Positions 1-8,369 of a DNA stretch of 14,075 bases are shown piece by piece (positions within the stretch are counted from its first letter, which is position 1; every line of letters begins with the position of its first letter). Under the pieces are notes generated by a model. It did not search any database and was not told the DNA's origin. It worked only from the letters and a program-made list of their open reading frames with translations. Origin of the DNA: an uncultured archaeon (lineage in GTDB: Archaea; Asgardarchaeota; Lokiarchaeia; Sigyniarchaeales; SOKP01); NCBI GenBank assembly GCA_964508365.1, contig CAZDTP010000051.1:1-14075 (forward strand), read 5' to 3'. A program made the position numbers and the translations under genes.

Positions 1-1252
1 TGTAGATTAAGTCTACTGAAGTGTAATCCTCCGAGAGTAAAGAATATCCGCGTTCTTGAGCAAATAAGGTTATATACGAAGCAAGTTCGTTTTTATCGCC
101 TAAAGATAATAACGAGATATCTCCCGTATTAGAAAGCGACCTTATGATTTGAAAGGTGTCGATGAGTTCGTGATATTTGATCGAAGTCGACGCTTCCCAG
201 CCTCCAAAAAAGTTTCGATTGTTAAGTATAAAAGCCACTACTTCGTTTCTGACATATGATGTAAAACCCGTTATATCCGCTAATTCTAAATTGATCGCAG
301 TAGCAACTATATTAGAATAGTTAGTCACCCACACGAAGTCTGAGATGTCAAAGTAGGCTCCTTCGGAATGATATAATGCTGTAAGGTGCTGATGAAACAT
401 GTTTTTATCTATTATATCTACATAGCTGCTTCCGAAAGTTTCTAAGGTTTTCACGCAATAGTAAGAAGCAAATTGATTAGGTTCGGGTTCCATTAAGGAG
501 TCGAACATGCCTTCTTTGTCATTGTAAAATCCGGTAGAAGAACCTAAAGATTGTAAACCGTCAATATACAAGGCAATATCACCCCGCTCTTGAGGTTGCG
601 AATTCCAGTCAAAACCTAGCGTATCTAAAGTTATGACCGCGTAATAGGTGTTGTCTGCGGTAGGAACTTTAAACCCTTCTTCTAAGGAGGAATCATAGGG
701 TTGACCAACAAATCCGTGCAAGTAAGGGTGATAGCAGCCCCAGATATAAGTGACCATGTCAGCAATATCTATTGAATTAATACTGTTCAAGATGTTCAGC
801 GAAAGCACTGCGTAGCAATTGACTTCTAAAAGCGTTGACAACGGGTAATATCTGCCCGGAATTTTTGAAGCTAAGTATCTATCAGAGTTCTCGTCCGAGA
901 AAATGTGAGAACTGGTGTCGTAAAAGGACATTACATAATCAATCGCCGCTTGTTGGTCAATAACGCCTAACTTTCCAATCGCGTCTAAGATATACAGAGC
1001 GTAATAAGTTGCTTGAAGAGAGCCAGAATAAATTTGAGAATAATAGCCATATGTAGCGAAATCCGCATTTTTTGCGTCAAAAACTGCTTCTAAAATTTCG
1101 AGGGTCGAGGTATCAGAAGTAGCTAATAGGTCAAAATTTTCGTTTTGTCTCTCACCAGGAGTAGCAACTGATGTGATACTAATTGTTGAAAAATAAGCTA
1201 AAACTACGATTAAAACAATACTAACTAAAACTCGGGTTTTTTTCCATTTCAT
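1..1252 (-). CDS. Secreted prenyltransferase/squalene-oxidase (PFTB-like) repeat protein, partial (C-terminus runs off the window)
   Basis: Not in the ORF track; translated by hand. ATG at 1252, with the frame running to the window edge (417 codons). The N-terminus MKWKKTRVLVSIVLIVVLAYFSTISITSVA looks like a signal peptide or anchor. Repeated helical units (SLQATYYALYILDAIG, LEVNCYAVLSLNILN, PTADNTYYAVITLDTLG, PNQFASYYCVKTLETFG) match the 'T-Y-Y-A-L-x-x-L-x-x-L-G' pattern of PFTB alpha/alpha-toroid repeats. Confidence 0.75.
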   Translation of the reverse strand, partial: MKWKKTRVLVSIVLIVVLAYFSTISITSVATPGERQNENFDLLATSDTSTLEILEAVFDAKNADFATYGYYSQIYSGSLQATYYALYILDAIGKLGVIDQQAAIDYVMSFYDTSSHIFSDENSDRYLASKIPGRYYPLSTLLEVNCYAVLSLNILNSINSIDIADMVTYIWGCYHPYLHGFVGQPYDSSLEEGFKVPTADNTYYAVITLDTLGFDWNSQPQERGDIALYIDGLQSLGSSTGFYNDKEGMFDSLMEPEPNQFASYYCVKTLETFGSSYVDIIDKNMFHQHLTALYHSEGAYFDISDFVWVTNYSNIVATAINLELADITGFTSYVRNEVVAFILNNRNFFGGWEASTSIKYHELIDTFQIIRSLSNTGDISLLSLGDKNELASYITLFAQERGYSLLSEDYTSVDLIY

Positions 1253-1269
1253 ATACTTCACGTAAAGTG

Positions 1270-1284
1270 TATTTAAAAGCTTTG
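1270..1284 (-). promoter_or_regulatory. Putative BRE/TATA element for the PFTB-repeat gene
   Basis: Minus strand reads CAAAGCTTTTAAATA, with the TATA-like part 18-26 nt upstream of ATG 1252, which fits a leaderless or short-leader archaeal promoter. AT-rich background lowers confidence. Confidence 0.4.
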
Positions 1285-1624
1285 ATCTATAAACAAACCT
1301 AGTCTTTATAAAGAAAAAATACGGAACTCTGTATAAAGTCGTGACGGAATTCAAAAAAACCAAAATTTAACTAAAAAATAGAGCCAATTTAGAAAAAATA
1401 CAGATTTAAAGTAATTTTAATTAGAATTTATTAAAAAAAAGAAATTTTAGAGTTTTTAGTTTTTCGAAGAATTTACTTCTTACCAAGTCCTATCATTGGT
1501 AAAGCTTCTTGAGCTGTAAGCAAAAGTAAATAATAAGGATAATGAGTTAATATAGTAAATCACAGAAAAAGTAAAAAAAACATACAAAAATTAAGAAAAT
1601 ATACATTCAGTCCAAAAATCATCG

Positions 1625-2902
1625 TCAACAAAGCACGGGTGGACCTTTTGGATTATAATATCTCCATAGTTCTACTTTTACCTGCTCCTGATCGTTATAT
1701 ATCTCGTTTTTGTTTGAATTATAAAATTCTTTAAAGTTGAGCTTGCGATTGGGGTTAAAATTCTCTTGTTTATTAGTAATTGAGGCAACTAAATACCCAC
1801 TTGCTTCTTTTACGAAAAGAAAGTACTCATCGCTCACATTTAGAGAGTTAAATACTTGACTCGCGTTTCCTAGTATTATTTGAACTATGTCGTCATTTTC
1901 AGGTGATTTTTTCGAAGCTTCAATCGGATCGACAAAACCTTGGTCGAGTACACCTAATTTTTCCATAACATCTTTTAATAATTCAGCCGATTTTACAAGA
2001 CTTTTAAATCCAGGAACATTAAACTTCTGAATGACTCTCCTCTCTACTTGTCTATGGATCGTTGACATTTTAATCCCTAATCGATCACAAAGAGCTGAAA
2101 TGCTCACATTTCCTTTCTGAGAGCAGAGGAGTGTAATAGAGGACACTAATCCAACGATAACATCATCTTTAGTATTTTTGATCGAATTGTAAAATCTATT
2201 TAGTATATGTCGTGATTGGTAGTAAAACGACATACCTAATTTAAAATGCTCGCTCACTTCTAAAATCCGTTCAGTTATGTATTGCTTACGATCTCGCTCT
2301 TGATATTCGGGCCAGATGCGAATAATCGAAAATTTAAATGCGTTAAAGTCTTTCTTTGAAATTTTTGCGACATCTAACAACTCGCTTTCACGAATTGGTT
2401 TGTTATTTTCTTTATAGTAGGCGTATATCACACAAGGCACTAGCATTTCTGCACTCCTATATTTTGTGCCTTTACCTAATTTAGCGCGATTCTCTTTAAA
2501 CTTACATAAAATAATATCAAGATCGTTTAGTGAGAAACCTAAAGCGGTTAGTATTCTTTTAATTTCTACTTTAGCTGTTAATACGACATGTTCTTCGGTG
2601 GAACGGGAAGCGTCAATCCGACTAAGACCTTCTAACTTTGCTGAATGTTGTAACTTACGCCTTTCGGACTTGAAACCAATCTGAGTTTTGCTTAATACCG
2701 CATGTTGAACGAGATCAGCATCGTAAGGTCTATGATATTCTAGTTTTTGAATTTCTAATACTATCCCGCACGCTCGACAAGTAAATCCTTCCTGAGTCTC
2801 CACAATGTCGTTAGATCCACATATTTCACACTGGTAGTATGGATCAACTAAAGGAATTTTTTTTAACGATTTTGATTTATCAATATTTTTAGTTGTTGCC
2901 AT
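1625..2902 (-). CDS. tfb: Transcription initiation factor IIB (TFB) family protein, divergent paralog with C-terminal extension
   Basis: N-terminal Zn ribbon CEICGS-x-CRACG, followed by a TQIG linker, two cyclin-like repeats (YRSAEMLVPCVIYAY; SALCDRLGIKMSTIHRQV as the HTH) and ~100 extra C-terminal residues. GGAG lies just upstream of the ATG. Confidence 0.8.
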   Translation of the reverse strand: MATTKNIDKSKSLKKIPLVDPYYQCEICGSNDIVETQEGFTCRACGIVLEIQKLEYHRPYDADLVQHAVLSKTQIGFKSERRKLQHSAKLEGLSRIDASRSTEEHVVLTAKVEIKRILTALGFSLNDLDIILCKFKENRAKLGKGTKYRSAEMLVPCVIYAYYKENNKPIRESELLDVAKISKKDFNAFKFSIIRIWPEYQERDRKQYITERILEVSEHFKLGMSFYYQSRHILNRFYNSIKNTKDDVIVGLVSSITLLCSQKGNVSISALCDRLGIKMSTIHRQVERRVIQKFNVPGFKSLVKSAELLKDVMEKLGVLDQGFVDPIEASKKSPENDDIVQIILGNASQVFNSLNVSDEYFLFVKEASGYLVASITNKQENFNPNRKLNFKEFYNSNKNEIYNDQEQVKVELWRYYNPKGPPVLC

Positions 2903-3643
2903 TTTTCTCCAACTTTTTTATAATTTTTTTGAAAAATATCGATTAACTTTTATTTTAACTAATCTATAAAGATCACCAGTTTGCTATTTGAACATTTGGA
3001 ATTACAAAAAAAAACGATAAATGTTTAAAAATGTAAGAGATATTCAAATGATTAGCGAAGAATGAAGCGAGAAATCAAAATAAACTTTAAAGATTTCATG
3101 CTTTAATGTGAATTCATTCTATAAAAAGAAGATAAAAAATGCATTTTTTAATCAAAATCATAATTTTGCATTTTTATTCCAAACAAGGAGAATTTTTGAA
3201 TCACGGCCGGTGAGGTTACAACATAAATTGGGAATATAAAAAGAATTGTAATGGAATTTTTGATATAATAACTATATATATGTCCTTTTTTATGTGATTA
3301 TGTTAATAATTCAAGTAGAATCAAAATCCATTTGAATTGAGCACATTAATTATAGATAATTAAAATTGGATTTTATTTCTTCGACTTTTCTTAAGTCTCC
3401 CGTTGATGGTTATTTGTTGAATATCACATTTATTCTTACGTTAATCTTATCCATAAATTTCTTTATAAACACCTCTTAAAAATGATAATTACTTTAGTGG
3501 GGAGATCAAAGAAAGAGTTAAACTAGTAATTTATTTAGCATCTAAAGCGATATATCTCGTTATATTCTTAACTCAGAAATTGGAATTTTTTCTGCATTAA
3601 ATTTTTCTTTTAAATAAATTCCTATAATAACAAAGATGTAATC

Positions 3644-4411
3644 ATGATTGAATTATATTGCTGGCTTCTTGTTATGCTAGGATGTTCAATGGTCGTGCAA
3701 GCTTTTTATAAATATGCTCGAACCCCTGGATACAAAGCGGCGTTTAATGTGCTAACCTTTGTGGGAGTATTCGTTCATGAAGTGGCGCACTATACACTGG
3801 CAACCTTGTTCGGAGTGAAAACTGGTAAAGTGCGGGTGAAATACCGAAGCGAAGATAAGTCGAGGGTAGCTATTCACGGTTCGGTAGGTCTTCCGGAGTT
3901 CGAGCGAAATTCCCTCTTACAAACCTTTGCGATCAGTTTTGCTCCTATGCTGGTGTCTACTTTTTTATTTATGTTCTGTTTGGACGTGATCTTTCATATG
4001 CAGACTGAATTATGGGTAAAAGTAGTGGCAATAGCTTTTGGTGTGTCGTTACTTGTAGGTTTAGAGCCTTCTGGACAAGATATCAAATTAATTGGTAGAT
4101 CCTTTCAAAACGATCCTCGCTACTCGTTCTACCAAATATTTCTGCTGGTGCTCTCTGGCGTGTTCGTGTGGTTGTTTGTAGATTTATATTACTTCGTCCT
4201 TCCTTTTGAGGTGCTGTATTACATCGAATATTTTGTAGTTCTTACTGCATTCTACTTTGGATTAAAAGGTGCGTTCTGGATAGTCAGTAAAATCACTCGA
4301 GGGATAGCCAAGAAAATGGGAAAACTGCAGGTAACAAGGCCGAAAATTCTCACTCGAAGGAGAAGGTTTAAGCACATAAACGACCCAAACGAAAGGGAGG
4401 TGCAGTGGTAA
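3644..4411 (+). CDS. Membrane zinc metalloprotease, M50/M50B (site-2 protease-like) family
   Basis: HEVAH (HExxH) lies within a hydrophobic helix (FVGVFVHEVAHYTLA). The ISFAP segment, the LEPSGQD motif (candidate third Zn ligand Asp) and several TM helices are also present. Confidence 0.75.
   Translation: MIELYCWLLVMLGCSMVVQAFYKYARTPGYKAAFNVLTFVGVFVHEVAHYTLATLFGVKTGKVRVKYRSEDKSRVAIHGSVGLPEFERNSLLQTFAISFAPMLVSTFLFMFCLDVIFHMQTELWVKVVAIAFGVSLLVGLEPSGQDIKLIGRSFQNDPRYSFYQIFLLVLSGVFVWLFVDLYYFVLPFEVLYYIEYFVVLTAFYFGLKGAFWIVSKITRGIAKKMGKLQVTRPKILTRRRRFKHINDPNEREVQW
4396..4402 (+). promoter_or_regulatory. Shine-Dalgarno GGAGGTG for the ATG at 4411
   Basis: Perfect GGAGGTG lies 8 nt before ATG 4411, which overlaps the upstream TAA (TAATG). 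This suggests translational coupling. Confidence 0.65.
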
Positions 4412-4755
4412 TGAAAAGTTTTTGTTTAATCGCCATAATAGTGGCTATGCTGATGTTCTACCAGAAAGAACCGTTCTACACGGTAATTATCATCGGTATT
4501 GGTGTGGTAATATACTTCGTTTACAAAGCGAAAAAAAGTGGGAATGGGTTGTTCGGTGCTTTTTTTGGCGGAAGTCAACCTCACCAAGATAGCCGATTAG
4601 ACGATTTAATTGCTCTAATGATGCTTCAACAGCTCACATCGACCGACTCCCAGAGTAACAGTGCGACGCAACAGATTTCCGAAGAAGCTCGAAAGCGACG
4701 CGAAGCAATTAATAAAACTCAAAAAGAAGTGTTAGACTTATTGAGCAGTGATTAA
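4411..4755 (+). CDS. Small membrane protein (two N-terminal hydrophobic helices, soluble helical C-terminus), hypothetical
   Basis: The ORF track starts at GTG 4405, but ATG 4411 (SD plus TAATG overlap) is the more likely start, giving 114 aa. It has hydrophobic segments FCLIAIIVAMLMFY and FYTVIIIGIGVVIYFVY and a charged tail EEARKRREAINKTQKEVLDLL. Confidence 0.7.
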   Translation: MKSFCLIAIIVAMLMFYQKEPFYTVIIIGIGVVIYFVYKAKKSGNGLFGAFFGGSQPHQDSRLDDLIALMMLQQLTSTDSQSNSATQQISEEARKRREAINKTQKEVLDLLSSD

Positions 4756-4761
4756 AACACG

Positions 4762-5475
4762 ATGGAGCCGAGTAATCCTTCTAACATTGCGTCTTTGTTC
4801 GATCTGTTGAGGGAGCGAAGAATAATCTCGGTTTCGGGAGAGTCAAGCACCGGTAAAACAACCTTAGCGCTCCAGTTAGTCGCGTCCGCGTTAAGTTGCG
4901 AGGATGTTACTGATGAGCGTTGCGTTTGGATTCAAGCGAGCGAACAATTTCCCAAAAAGCGACTGCATACTTTTTTTAAAAGTTCTCCCGGTAAGTTTGA
5001 CGCCCTCGTGAAAAAAATCTTTTTATATCCTGTCTCGTCTCCCTTTTTGAGTTACGAAGATCAATCAGTCTTTTTAGCAACCCTAGGAAGCGTAATATTA
5101 CCATTTAGCACCAAATATTTAGTAATTGACAATGTGTCTCACCATCTACGGTTAGCTGCTTCTTGTTGCTCCAATGTCAGGCAAAAGACGGCACTCTTAG
5201 ACGAATATTTTAGCTCGCAACTGTTTCCCCTCATTATGCGTTGTTTAAGGGAAGAGATCGTTCTAATTCTGATACACGAGGTCTCTTTCGATCCTGCATT
5301 AGGGAAGAATCAACCATTTTTTAACAAGTTGTATTCGAGGATCAACAGCATAAATGTTAGCTTATCGAAATCGTTTAACTCCAAGACTAAACAGATGAAA
5401 CTCTTATCGAGAGACAAACAGATCACGAGTGAGTTGAAATACGAGATACTAGAAAGAGGGATTTCTTTAGTTTAG
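4762..5475 (+). CDS. radB: RecA/RadA-family ATPase, RadB-like paralog (no N-terminal HhH domain)
   Basis: Walker A GESSTGKTT, WIQASEQFPKKRL (equivalent to RadA YIDTEx-F-xx-RL), Walker B YLVIDN and LILIHEV. At 237 aa it is the ATPase core only. The subfamily (RadB vs another RadA paralog) is not certain. Confidence 0.7.
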   Translation: MEPSNPSNIASLFDLLRERRIISVSGESSTGKTTLALQLVASALSCEDVTDERCVWIQASEQFPKKRLHTFFKSSPGKFDALVKKIFLYPVSSPFLSYEDQSVFLATLGSVILPFSTKYLVIDNVSHHLRLAASCCSNVRQKTALLDEYFSSQLFPLIMRCLREEIVLILIHEVSFDPALGKNQPFFNKLYSRINSINVSLSKSFNSKTKQMKLLSRDKQITSELKYEILERGISLV

Positions 5476-5486
5476 TATTAGGTCGT
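5386..5486 (+). repeat. Direct repeat copy 1 (3' end of the radB-like gene plus 11 nt downstream)
   Basis: Aligns without gaps to 13104-13204 (offset 7718), 80/101 nt identical by hand count. The core 5449-5486 vs 13167-13204 is 36/38 identical. Confidence 0.9.
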
Positions 5487-5657
5487 GAAAAGCTTCATAG
5501 GATGTTTTTAAAGATGCTGGAATTAAAAAGGAGGAAATTGAATTTTTTTTTAATTGTTTTTTAATATAGGAGTTTTAATTGTTTTACTATTTTCTTAATT
5601 AATTTTGCGATAAAAGAATTATTCAAATGATGCTATCATAAAAACCTAAGCATTTAT

Positions 5658-6692
5658 TTGGCAATAAACAAATTAATAAGTGACAATAATTTGAACGAAA
5701 TAGTACTAAAATTAGATAATTTAACTAAGAAGTTTAGACATTTTTTTGCAGTTAATAATGTAAATCTTGAAGTTCATAAAGGAGAAACCATTGGGTTTGT
5801 CGGTCCAAACGGAGCAGGCAAAACAACAACTATAAAACTAATAGCAACACTTTTAAAACCCTCTTCGGGGAAGATCTTAATAAAAAATAAGGGGGGAGAT
5901 TTACAGGATATAAGCATAAATTCGCAGGATCTCGTCTCAATGGGCTTTTTAATCGACATTCCTGTGTTTTACGATTCAACTCCGTACGTGTTATTAAAAC
6001 ATTACGCTCAACTTCACAAGTACCCGAAAAATAAAATAAAGCAACGAATTGACGAACTACTTCTTTTTTTTGATTTAGCAAATTGGAAAAAAAAAAGGAT
6101 AAAAAAATTTTCGAAAGGTATGAAACAAAAACTAGGATTTATACAAGCTATCATTCACGAACCAGAGATTATATTCTTAGACGAGCCTCAAACGGGGTTA
6201 GATCCAAAGGCTCGAATCAAAATTCGCCAATATTTGATGACACTTAAAGAACAAAAGAAAACGATCTTTATAGCATCACATATGCTACGAGAGATATCAG
6301 AAATATGTGAGAAAATTGCGTTTATAAATAACGGAGAAATTATTAAATTTGATCGAATCGAAAATATGGAAAAGTTACTTAAAACAAGTGAAATTGTGTG
6401 CCAACTCCTTAAGCCAATTCCATTAGAAAGATTTGAATTGGTCGAGAAAAAACTTAACGAAAAATTAGCGCCGTATTTGGATAAAAATATAGATCCCACA
6501 ATTGTTAAGTCCCCCGTGCAATATCAACCCTCAAGCAAGAATCTTATCATCTACTACGATGGGAAACCTGAATCTAAAGGAGAGATTTTTAAAATTTTAG
6601 GAAAAGATTTTGACGCAGAGTTTACTGTAACATCCTTTTCACAATCAAAAACTTCTCTCTTAGAAAAACTATATTTAGAAGAAATTAAATAA
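5658..6692 (+). CDS. ABC transporter ATP-binding protein (ABC-2 exporter type)
   Basis: Walker A GPNGAGKTT, signature FSKGMKQ, Walker B IIFLDEP, H-loop ASH and a C-terminal DUF4162-like extension ending LEKLYLEEI. TTG start. Confidence 0.95.
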   Translation: MAINKLISDNNLNEIVLKLDNLTKKFRHFFAVNNVNLEVHKGETIGFVGPNGAGKTTTIKLIATLLKPSSGKILIKNKGGDLQDISINSQDLVSMGFLIDIPVFYDSTPYVLLKHYAQLHKYPKNKIKQRIDELLLFFDLANWKKKRIKKFSKGMKQKLGFIQAIIHEPEIIFLDEPQTGLDPKARIKIRQYLMTLKEQKKTIFIASHMLREISEICEKIAFINNGEIIKFDRIENMEKLLKTSEIVCQLLKPIPLERFELVEKKLNEKLAPYLDKNIDPTIVKSPVQYQPSSKNLIIYYDGKPESKGEIFKILGKDFDAEFTVTSFSQSKTSLLEKLYLEEIK

Positions 6693-6776
6693 GAACGAGC
6701 AAAAACGAGAACAAAAAATGGACAAAAGAATAGTAAGGAAAAAAAAAAGATCTTCAACCCATTCCTAAGGACGTAT

Positions 6777-7538
6777 TTGTTGGAACTTAGGTTGCGATGG
6801 AAAAAGGTTCTATTTTTTAGTATCGTTTCTGTTGTTTTTGTGCTTTTATTTTCGTTTTTTTACCCGTATCATTTTGATGAAGGTAAATTATTTCGAGATG
6901 AAATTGATTTTTTTAGGTTTTTCATTATATTCGTTTCGTGCTTCTTTTTCTCTGACATCGTGTGCTCAGAATTCGCTAATAAAACTGGGTATATTCTGTT
7001 TCCGAAAATTAATAGATATAAATTAATCGGAGGAAAATATATCGCCAATTTGAGTATTATTATTTTTTTAGTGATAATACATTATTTGACGTTGGATATC
7101 TCCGTATGGGTTATTTACGACACCGTAATCCCAGAATCGTATATTTCGCTTGGAATAGCTATTTTCTATACAATAACTCTAAGTGGTTTACTATTGTTAT
7201 TTAGCACTATTATGCCGAAAGCAAATTTAACCACTGTCATCGTCATTTTGATATATCTTGTAGGATTTCTGATACTCGAGCAAGCTTTAACAGCAATAAA
7301 TCAAGAAATAGAGCCCATTTTTTCGTTAAATTATATAGGAAATTTAATAAAGTTTGTCATCCCAGGGGGTCCTTTCAGCGGTGAACGGTGGTTTTTGGTG
7401 TATTACGCAGGCGATTTACTTCCTCCCGTAAAAGTTTGGCGAACACCAACCATGGAAGTGGCGATTTTGATTATGAGCCTCTATATAGCGTTGTCGTTTC
7501 TTTTTATGTTCTTAGCCCTTAAAAGAAAGGAATTATAG
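6777..7538 (+). CDS. ABC-2 type transporter permease
   Basis: About six TM helices, the EFANKTGYILFPKINRYKLIGGKY motif (E-x3-(G/T)-x4-L-x-P-x2-R...K of ABC-2 permeases) and position directly after the ATPase. The true start is probably upstream (see findings). Confidence 0.88.
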   Translation: MLELRLRWKKVLFFSIVSVVFVLLFSFFYPYHFDEGKLFRDEIDFFRFFIIFVSCFFFSDIVCSEFANKTGYILFPKINRYKLIGGKYIANLSIIIFLVIIHYLTLDISVWVIYDTVIPESYISLGIAIFYTITLSGLLLLFSTIMPKANLTTVIVILIYLVGFLILEQALTAINQEIEPIFSLNYIGNLIKFVIPGGPFSGERWFLVYYAGDLLPPVKVWRTPTMEVAILIMSLYIALSFLFMFLALKRKEL

Positions 7539-7937
7539 ATTTCATAAGCACATCGAATAGCTTTAATTAGACTATTTCTATACTATTTAATTATTTAGCT
7601 ATATCGGCTTTTTTTATGTAGACCGTTCTTTTGGTTTATTGGATGAATACCAGTTGGTTTACTAATATTATTGAATTATTTACACTACGCGAGGATTAAA
7701 AGAATAAAAGATTAATCATATGTGTCCTAAAACTCTTACATGAAACTACTAATTTCAGAAAAAACTTAAATAATGAGGTTTTGGAATCTTTTTCTCTATT
7801 GATTTTTTTTTAGTATAATTTAGACTTTAATTAAAGCTTTGCAAGAGATTAGGAAAAGACTTATAGAAATCCGGATAATTTTATACAATATACTAATGTA
7901 CAAATCTATTCAACAGAGGAATGTCGTAAAATTTTTC

Positions 7938-8039
7938 TCAATGAAAATCAAGTAGATTTTCCAAGTTTTCTTTGATTATTTTTTCAAACTCTTCGTTAGG
8001 TTGTACTCCAACTATGAGGAAAATCAGAGTTCTAAAAAC
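7938..8039 (-). pseudogene. Possible C-terminal remnant of a thioredoxin/DsbA-fold gene
   Basis: VFRTLIFLIVGVQPNEEFEKIIKENLENL resembles the thioredoxin C-terminus (iPTliff...iVGaqpkeefekii). The CxxC region and the loop between TLIF and IVG are absent. Confidence 0.35.
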
Positions 8040-8114
8040 CTTAAAATAAATAATAATAAATTTAATATTTTCTATATAATTCATGAATGTTATTAAAACT
8101 ATGAGTGATACGCA

Positions 8115-8369
8115 ATGACAACAATAACAATTGATGATGAGACAAAAGAAGAATTGCTTAAAGTAGCAGCTCAATTGCAAATTCAGAAAAAAGAAAAGAT
8201 AAATTATAATACAACCATCAAATATTTAATCAGTAACTATTTTATGAAAAAAAATAAGAAAGATAAAAGGAAATTTAGAAATGCATGTGAAAAAGTTGAA
8301 AATATAGATATCAATTCCGTATTAGACGAATTGTACTTAGAGAGGAAAAAAGATGATATTTCCTTTTAA
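8115..8369 (+). CDS. vapB: VapB-type antitoxin (ribbon-helix-helix DNA-binding)
   Basis: 84 aa with an N-terminal beta-strand/helix MTTITIDDETKEELLKVAAQLQ typical of archaeal RHH antitoxins. Overlaps the downstream PIN gene by 17 nt. Confidence 0.75.
   Translation: MTTITIDDETKEELLKVAAQLQIQKKEKINYNTTIKYLISNYFMKKNKKDKRKFRNACEKVENIDINSVLDELYLERKKDDISF

Noticed and set aside
1625-1640. TFB ends in Cys (PVLC) next to a prenyltransferase-like gene: possible prenylation?
   Set aside because: Not a CaaX, CC or CxC motif, and the PFTB protein appears to be exported, so it would not meet a cytoplasmic TFB.
2466-2684. 72 aa plus-strand ORF
   Set aside because: Lies antisense within the well-supported tfb gene and has no recognisable motifs.
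3350-3454. Minus-strand MDKINVRINVIFNK*PSTGDLRKVEEIKSNFNYL* in the long tfb-M50 intergenic region
   Set aside because: Very short, interrupted by a stop, no recognisable family, and the GAGGTG upstream is 15 nt away, which is too far for an SD.
5774-6757. Minus-strand ORFs 5774..5959, 5830..6081, 6188..6499 and 6554..6757
   Set aside because: Antisense shadows of the ABC ATPase, whose conserved motifs fix the real strand and frame.
6832-7026. 64 aa alternative-frame ORF
   Set aside because: Nested in the permease on the same strand; a by-product of T-rich TM codons.
8079-8088. Palindrome ATTCATGAAT upstream of vapB as an autoregulatory operator
   Set aside because: Plausible in position, but only 10 bp in very AT-rich DNA, so it cannot be distinguished from chance.
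7938-8180. Full 80 aa minus-strand ORF as a gene
   Set aside because: Its first ~22 codons are antisense to vapB and read like shadow sequence. Only the last ~34 codons look protein-like and are reported as a possible remnant.
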